A stretch of 64,000 bases of DNA, from the NCBI GenBank assembly GCA_963770835.1, contig CAVYRH010000026.1, positions 544,001-608,000 on the forward strand, given 5' to 3'. Positions 58,577 to 64,000 of this stretch are shown piece by piece. Below the pieces are notes generated by a model. The model was not told the DNA's origin. It worked only from the letters and a program-made list of their open reading frames with translations, and ran no database searches. The stretch is from an uncultured Pseudomonadota bacterium (GTDB lineage Bacteria; Oederibacteriota; Muellerivitia; Muellerivitales; Muellerivitaceae). How positions within the stretch are numbered: position 1 is the first letter of the stretch; the number at the start of each line of letters is the position of its first letter. Position numbers and translations under genes: made by a program.

Positions 58577-61075
58577 ATGAAAACCATCCACCGTATCCTG
58601 CTGGCTTTGATCCTCCTCCCCCTGGCGCCCCAAATCCTTAAGGCCTACCCGCCCGACGCTGCGGCCATCGACCAACGCGCCGGGGACATCCTCAAAAAAA
58701 TGACGCTCGAGGAAAAGATCGACTACATCGGCGGTGTGGATACCTTCTACATCCGCGCCATCCCGCGCCTCAACCTCCCCAAGATCCGCATGTCCGACGG
58801 GCCCGTCGGGGTGCGCTGTTACGGGCCCTCGACGGCCTACGCGGGGGGCATCGGCCTGGCGGCCTCCTGGGACCCGGACCTGGCGGAACGCATGGGGGAA
58901 ATGATGGGCAAAGACGCCAGGGCGCGGGGGGTGCACATCCTCCTGGGACCGGGCGTCAACATCTACCGGGCGCCCATGAACGGGCGCAACTTCGAGTATT
59001 TCGGCGAGGACCCCTTCCTGGCCTCCCGCACGGTGGTCGCTTATATAGAAGGGGTGCAATCCCAGGGCGTCTGCGCCACCATCAAGCACTTCATGGGCAA
59101 CAACTCGGAGTTCGACCGCCACCACACCAGCTCCGACATGGACATGCGCACCATGCGCGAAATCTACCTGCCCACCTTCGAGGCGGCGGTGAAGGAAGCC
59201 CACGTGGGCGCCATCATGGATTCCTACAACCTGGTCAACGGGGTGCATTCCACCCAGAACGACCTCCTGAACAACCAGATCGCGAAGAAAGAATGGGGCT
59301 TCGACGGCATCATCATGTCCGACTGGGACGCCACCTACGACGGCGTGGCCGCCGCCAACGGGGGCCTGGACCTGGAAATGCCCTTCGCCAAGTTCATGAC
59401 CCGCGACACCCTGGGCGAGGCCATCAAGGACGGCAAGGTCTCCATGGCCACCCTGGATGACAAGGTGCGCCGAATCCTGAGGACCGCCATCCGTTTCGGC
59501 TGGCTGGACCGCGACCAGGCCGACCCTTCCATCCCGCTCGACAACCCGGATTCGCGCAAAGTGGCCCTGGAAACCGCCGAAGAGGGCATGGTGCTGCTCA
59601 AAAACGAGAAATCCCTCCTGCCCCTGGACAAGGACAAGATCAAGACCCTCGCCGTCATCGGCCCGGACGCCGACCCCGCCGTCCCCACGGGGGGCGGCAG
59701 CGCCAGGACAACCCCCTTCGATTCCGTCAGCGCCCTCAAAGGGCTGACCACCGCCCTTTCCGGCTCCGCCACGGTTGTCTATAAGAGGGGAATGACCCCG
59801 CTTTCCGAAATCTACCCCAACACCGCCTTCACCACCGGGGCCCAGGGCGGAGAGCCGGGCTTGAAGGGGGAGTATTTCAACAACCCCGACTTCCAAGGCG
59901 AGCCCGTCACCCAGGTGGACGCGCATATTAATTTCAACTGGGACAAACCCGGCCAATGGCCCGCGGGGGATTCGCATGACACCTCGGCGCGCTGGACGGG
60001 CACCTTCACACCCACCCAAAGCGGCCCCTACCGCCTGGCCGCGCAGGTTTACGGGCTGGACGAGTACCGCCTCACCTTCGACGGCAAGCTGGTGATGGAC
60101 CGCAAGGGCAAGGCCCAGCCCGTGGGCTTGAAAGAAGTGAACCTTAAGGCCGGCAAGGCCTACGCGGTGAAGCTCGAATACGTCCATCGCGACCACCATT
60201 CCTGGCTGTCCCTGGGCGCCTGCCCCGAAAGCGGCTTCCTGGACCCGGAGGCCAAAAAGACCGCGGCCTCCGCGGACGCGGTGGTGCTTTGCGTGGGCTT
60301 CGATCCCTCCAACGAGGGCGAGGGCTCGGACCGCACCTTCAACCTGCCTGTGGGCCAGGACGAGCTCATCCAGGAAATCCTAAAGGCCAACCGCAAAACG
60401 GTGGTGGTCGTCACTTCCGGCGGCGCGGTGGACATGACGAAGTGGGTGGACAAGACGCCGGCGCTCGTAGAAGACTGGTACCCGGGCCAGGAGGGGGGCA
60501 CGGCCCTGGCCGAAATCCTCCTGGGCGATATCAATCCCTCGGGCAAGCTCCCGGCCAGTTTCGAGAGGCGCTGGGAGGACAACGCGGTCTACAAGAGCTA
60601 CTACCCGGACGCCGACAACCACATCAAATACTCCGAGGGGGTGTTCCTGGGCTACCGGCATTTCGACCGCATCAAGGTGAAGCCGCTTTTCCCCTTCGGC
60701 TTCGGCTTGTCCTACGCGAAGTTCCAATACAAAAACCTGGCCCTGTCCTCCGCCTCCACGGACGGCACCCAGCCCGTCACGGTTTCCTTCGACTTGACCA
60801 ACACGGGCGACCGCGAGGGCAAGGAAACGGCCGAGCTCTACGTGGGGGACATCCACTCCAACGTGCTGCGGCCCGCGAAGGAACTGAAGGGCTTCGCCAA
60901 GGTGGACCTGCAACCGGATGAGACCAAGCGGGTGGAAATCCCATTGGACCTAGGGTCGCTTTCCTATTTCGATGAGAAGACGGGGCAGTGGAAGGCCGAC
61001 CCCGGGGATTTTTATATTTTGGTGGGGTCCTCTTCGCGGGATATCGCGCTCACCGGCAAGCTAACACTTAAGTAA
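58577..61075 (+). CDS. Secreted GH3 beta-glucosidase with PA14 and Fn3-like domains
   Basis: MTLEEK, DGP.G, GRNFEYFGEDP, KHF, MSDW nucleophile, PA14 insert, EG.DR, FPFGFGLSY, KELKGF. Confidence 0.95.
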   Translation: MKTIHRILLALILLPLAPQILKAYPPDAAAIDQRAGDILKKMTLEEKIDYIGGVDTFYIRAIPRLNLPKIRMSDGPVGVRCYGPSTAYAGGIGLAASWDPDLAERMGEMMGKDARARGVHILLGPGVNIYRAPMNGRNFEYFGEDPFLASRTVVAYIEGVQSQGVCATIKHFMGNNSEFDRHHTSSDMDMRTMREIYLPTFEAAVKEAHVGAIMDSYNLVNGVHSTQNDLLNNQIAKKEWGFDGIIMSDWDATYDGVAAANGGLDLEMPFAKFMTRDTLGEAIKDGKVSMATLDDKVRRILRTAIRFGWLDRDQADPSIPLDNPDSRKVALETAEEGMVLLKNEKSLLPLDKDKIKTLAVIGPDADPAVPTGGGSARTTPFDSVSALKGLTTALSGSATVVYKRGMTPLSEIYPNTAFTTGAQGGEPGLKGEYFNNPDFQGEPVTQVDAHINFNWDKPGQWPAGDSHDTSARWTGTFTPTQSGPYRLAAQVYGLDEYRLTFDGKLVMDRKGKAQPVGLKEVNLKAGKAYAVKLEYVHRDHHSWLSLGACPESGFLDPEAKKTAASADAVVLCVGFDPSNEGEGSDRTFNLPVGQDELIQEILKANRKTVVVVTSGGAVDMTKWVDKTPALVEDWYPGQEGGTALAEILLGDINPSGKLPASFERRWEDNAVYKSYYPDADNHIKYSEGVFLGYRHFDRIKVKPLFPFGFGLSYAKFQYKNLALSSASTDGTQPVTVSFDLTNTGDREGKETAELYVGDIHSNVLRPAKELKGFAKVDLQPDETKRVEIPLDLGSLSYFDEKTGQWKADPGDFYILVGSSSRDIALTGKLTLK

Positions 61076-61088
61076 AAATTAAATTGCT

Positions 61089-61233
61089 GTCATTGCGAGG
61101 AATGAGCCCCGAATAGGGGCTCGTTTATGACGAAGCAACCCCAGTTTAAATAAATCCGGGAAAAGGCTTATTTGGTACTGAGGTTGCTTCGTCGTAATCG
61201 CCCCGCTATTCGCGGGGCACTCCTCGCAATGAC
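61089..61233. repeat. REP-like nested palindromic element (GTCATTGCGAG...CTCGCAATGAC family)
   Basis: Outer IR gtcattgcgagga/tcctcgcaatgac, inner IR gacgaagcaacc/ggttgcttcgtc, with two GC-rich side hairpins. Confidence 0.8.
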
Positions 61234-61290
61234 GGCGATTTCGTTTTAATTGGGTTCCTAACATCCACGAAAGATTTAACAAAAAACCCT

Positions 61291-61342
61291 TTGACAGGCT
61301 ATATCTGGGGGTATATAACGCATTTGTAACTAAATATGGTGT
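61291..61342 (+). promoter_or_regulatory. Sigma70 promoter of nrdJ with two NrdR boxes
   Basis: TTGACA(61291)-17 nt-TATAAC(61314); 16-bp boxes aggCTATATCTGGggg (61296-61311) and taaCTAAATATGGtgt (61327-61342), 31 bp apart as typical for NrdR. Confidence 0.82.
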
Positions 61343-61842
61343 TTGTATTGTTTTTAGGCCCTTTTTAACTATCAATTCGATAGAGGGCCGCCCGCCCGGG
61401 TACCAGGTTTTGGGGGGTCTGAAACGGTAATACGCCACATTTAGCCGGTTTTTCCCGCCCTTGGGGGATGTAATTGGGCGAAGAAGAACCAAATGATACC
61501 CTCATTCTATCTGATTCAAAAATCGGGCTTTGCCCGATGAAATGGAGATGAGGGTGACACAGTTTTCAATTTAGGGGCCGAGGGCCCCATTGAAAATAGA
61601 GAAACTGTGTAGAGGGGGATGTACTAAGCGGATTCGACGACTGTCTCGCCTCAACCACTGCCATCACGACCCGAACTTTTCCAACGACATCCACGACAAC
61701 CCAAGGCGCGTCCACTGAGTTAACTTTGAGTTAACCTCAGGAGGACTTCCTTGGCTCCGGAGTTTGTTAAACGACTTCGGCCCCGAAAGTTCCTGACGGA
61801 ACCGCAGGGGAAAAACAAGTTAAATATTCTGAAGGAGGATGC

Positions 61843-64000
<2,158 letters not shown>

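Noticed and set aside
61079..61492. 137-aa minus-strand ORF
   Set aside because: Runs through the REP-like element and the nrdJ promoter/NrdR boxes; the translation is repeat-derived.
61340..61842. Cobalamin riboswitch before nrdJ
   Set aside because: No B12-box or typical GGGAA/ACTG core recognised; kept only as an unclassified structured leader.

Overview
Chromosomal window of a GC-rich diderm bacterium (the gene style, with many secreted NHL/FlgD-Ig/porin proteins, suggests a poorly characterised candidate phylum; taxonomy cannot be fixed from this window). Almost all genes are on the + strand. In order it carries: a GH2 glycosidase, comEC, an HU/IHF protein, a TPR-SpoIID protein, an ArsR-SRPBCC/DoxX/DHFR/VOC stress operon, an omptin-like protease and an uncharacterised membrane+VWA gene pair. 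Next is an ~18 kb myxobacterial-type chemosensory cluster with no obvious output domain. It is followed by a RedB-like CxC protein, a kinase-less RedC-like membrane sensor, a CCP/MauG di-heme protein, an amicyanin-loop cupredoxin, orphan binding proteins, two MCPs with near-identical signalling domains and a porin; this block is the best candidate for an undescribed redox/metal-sensing system. The rest holds an iscS-like gene, a porin+PBP pair divergent from an MCP, pgi, a variable block with an IS5-family element inactivated by an antisense group II intron, a GH3 glucosidase, and an NrdR-controlled class II ribonucleotide reductase (nrdJ) with a long structured leader and a +1 frameshift. Several 7/8/9-mer inverted mini-repeat elements overlap gene termini. 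All protein calls are from motif recognition by eye, not database searches.
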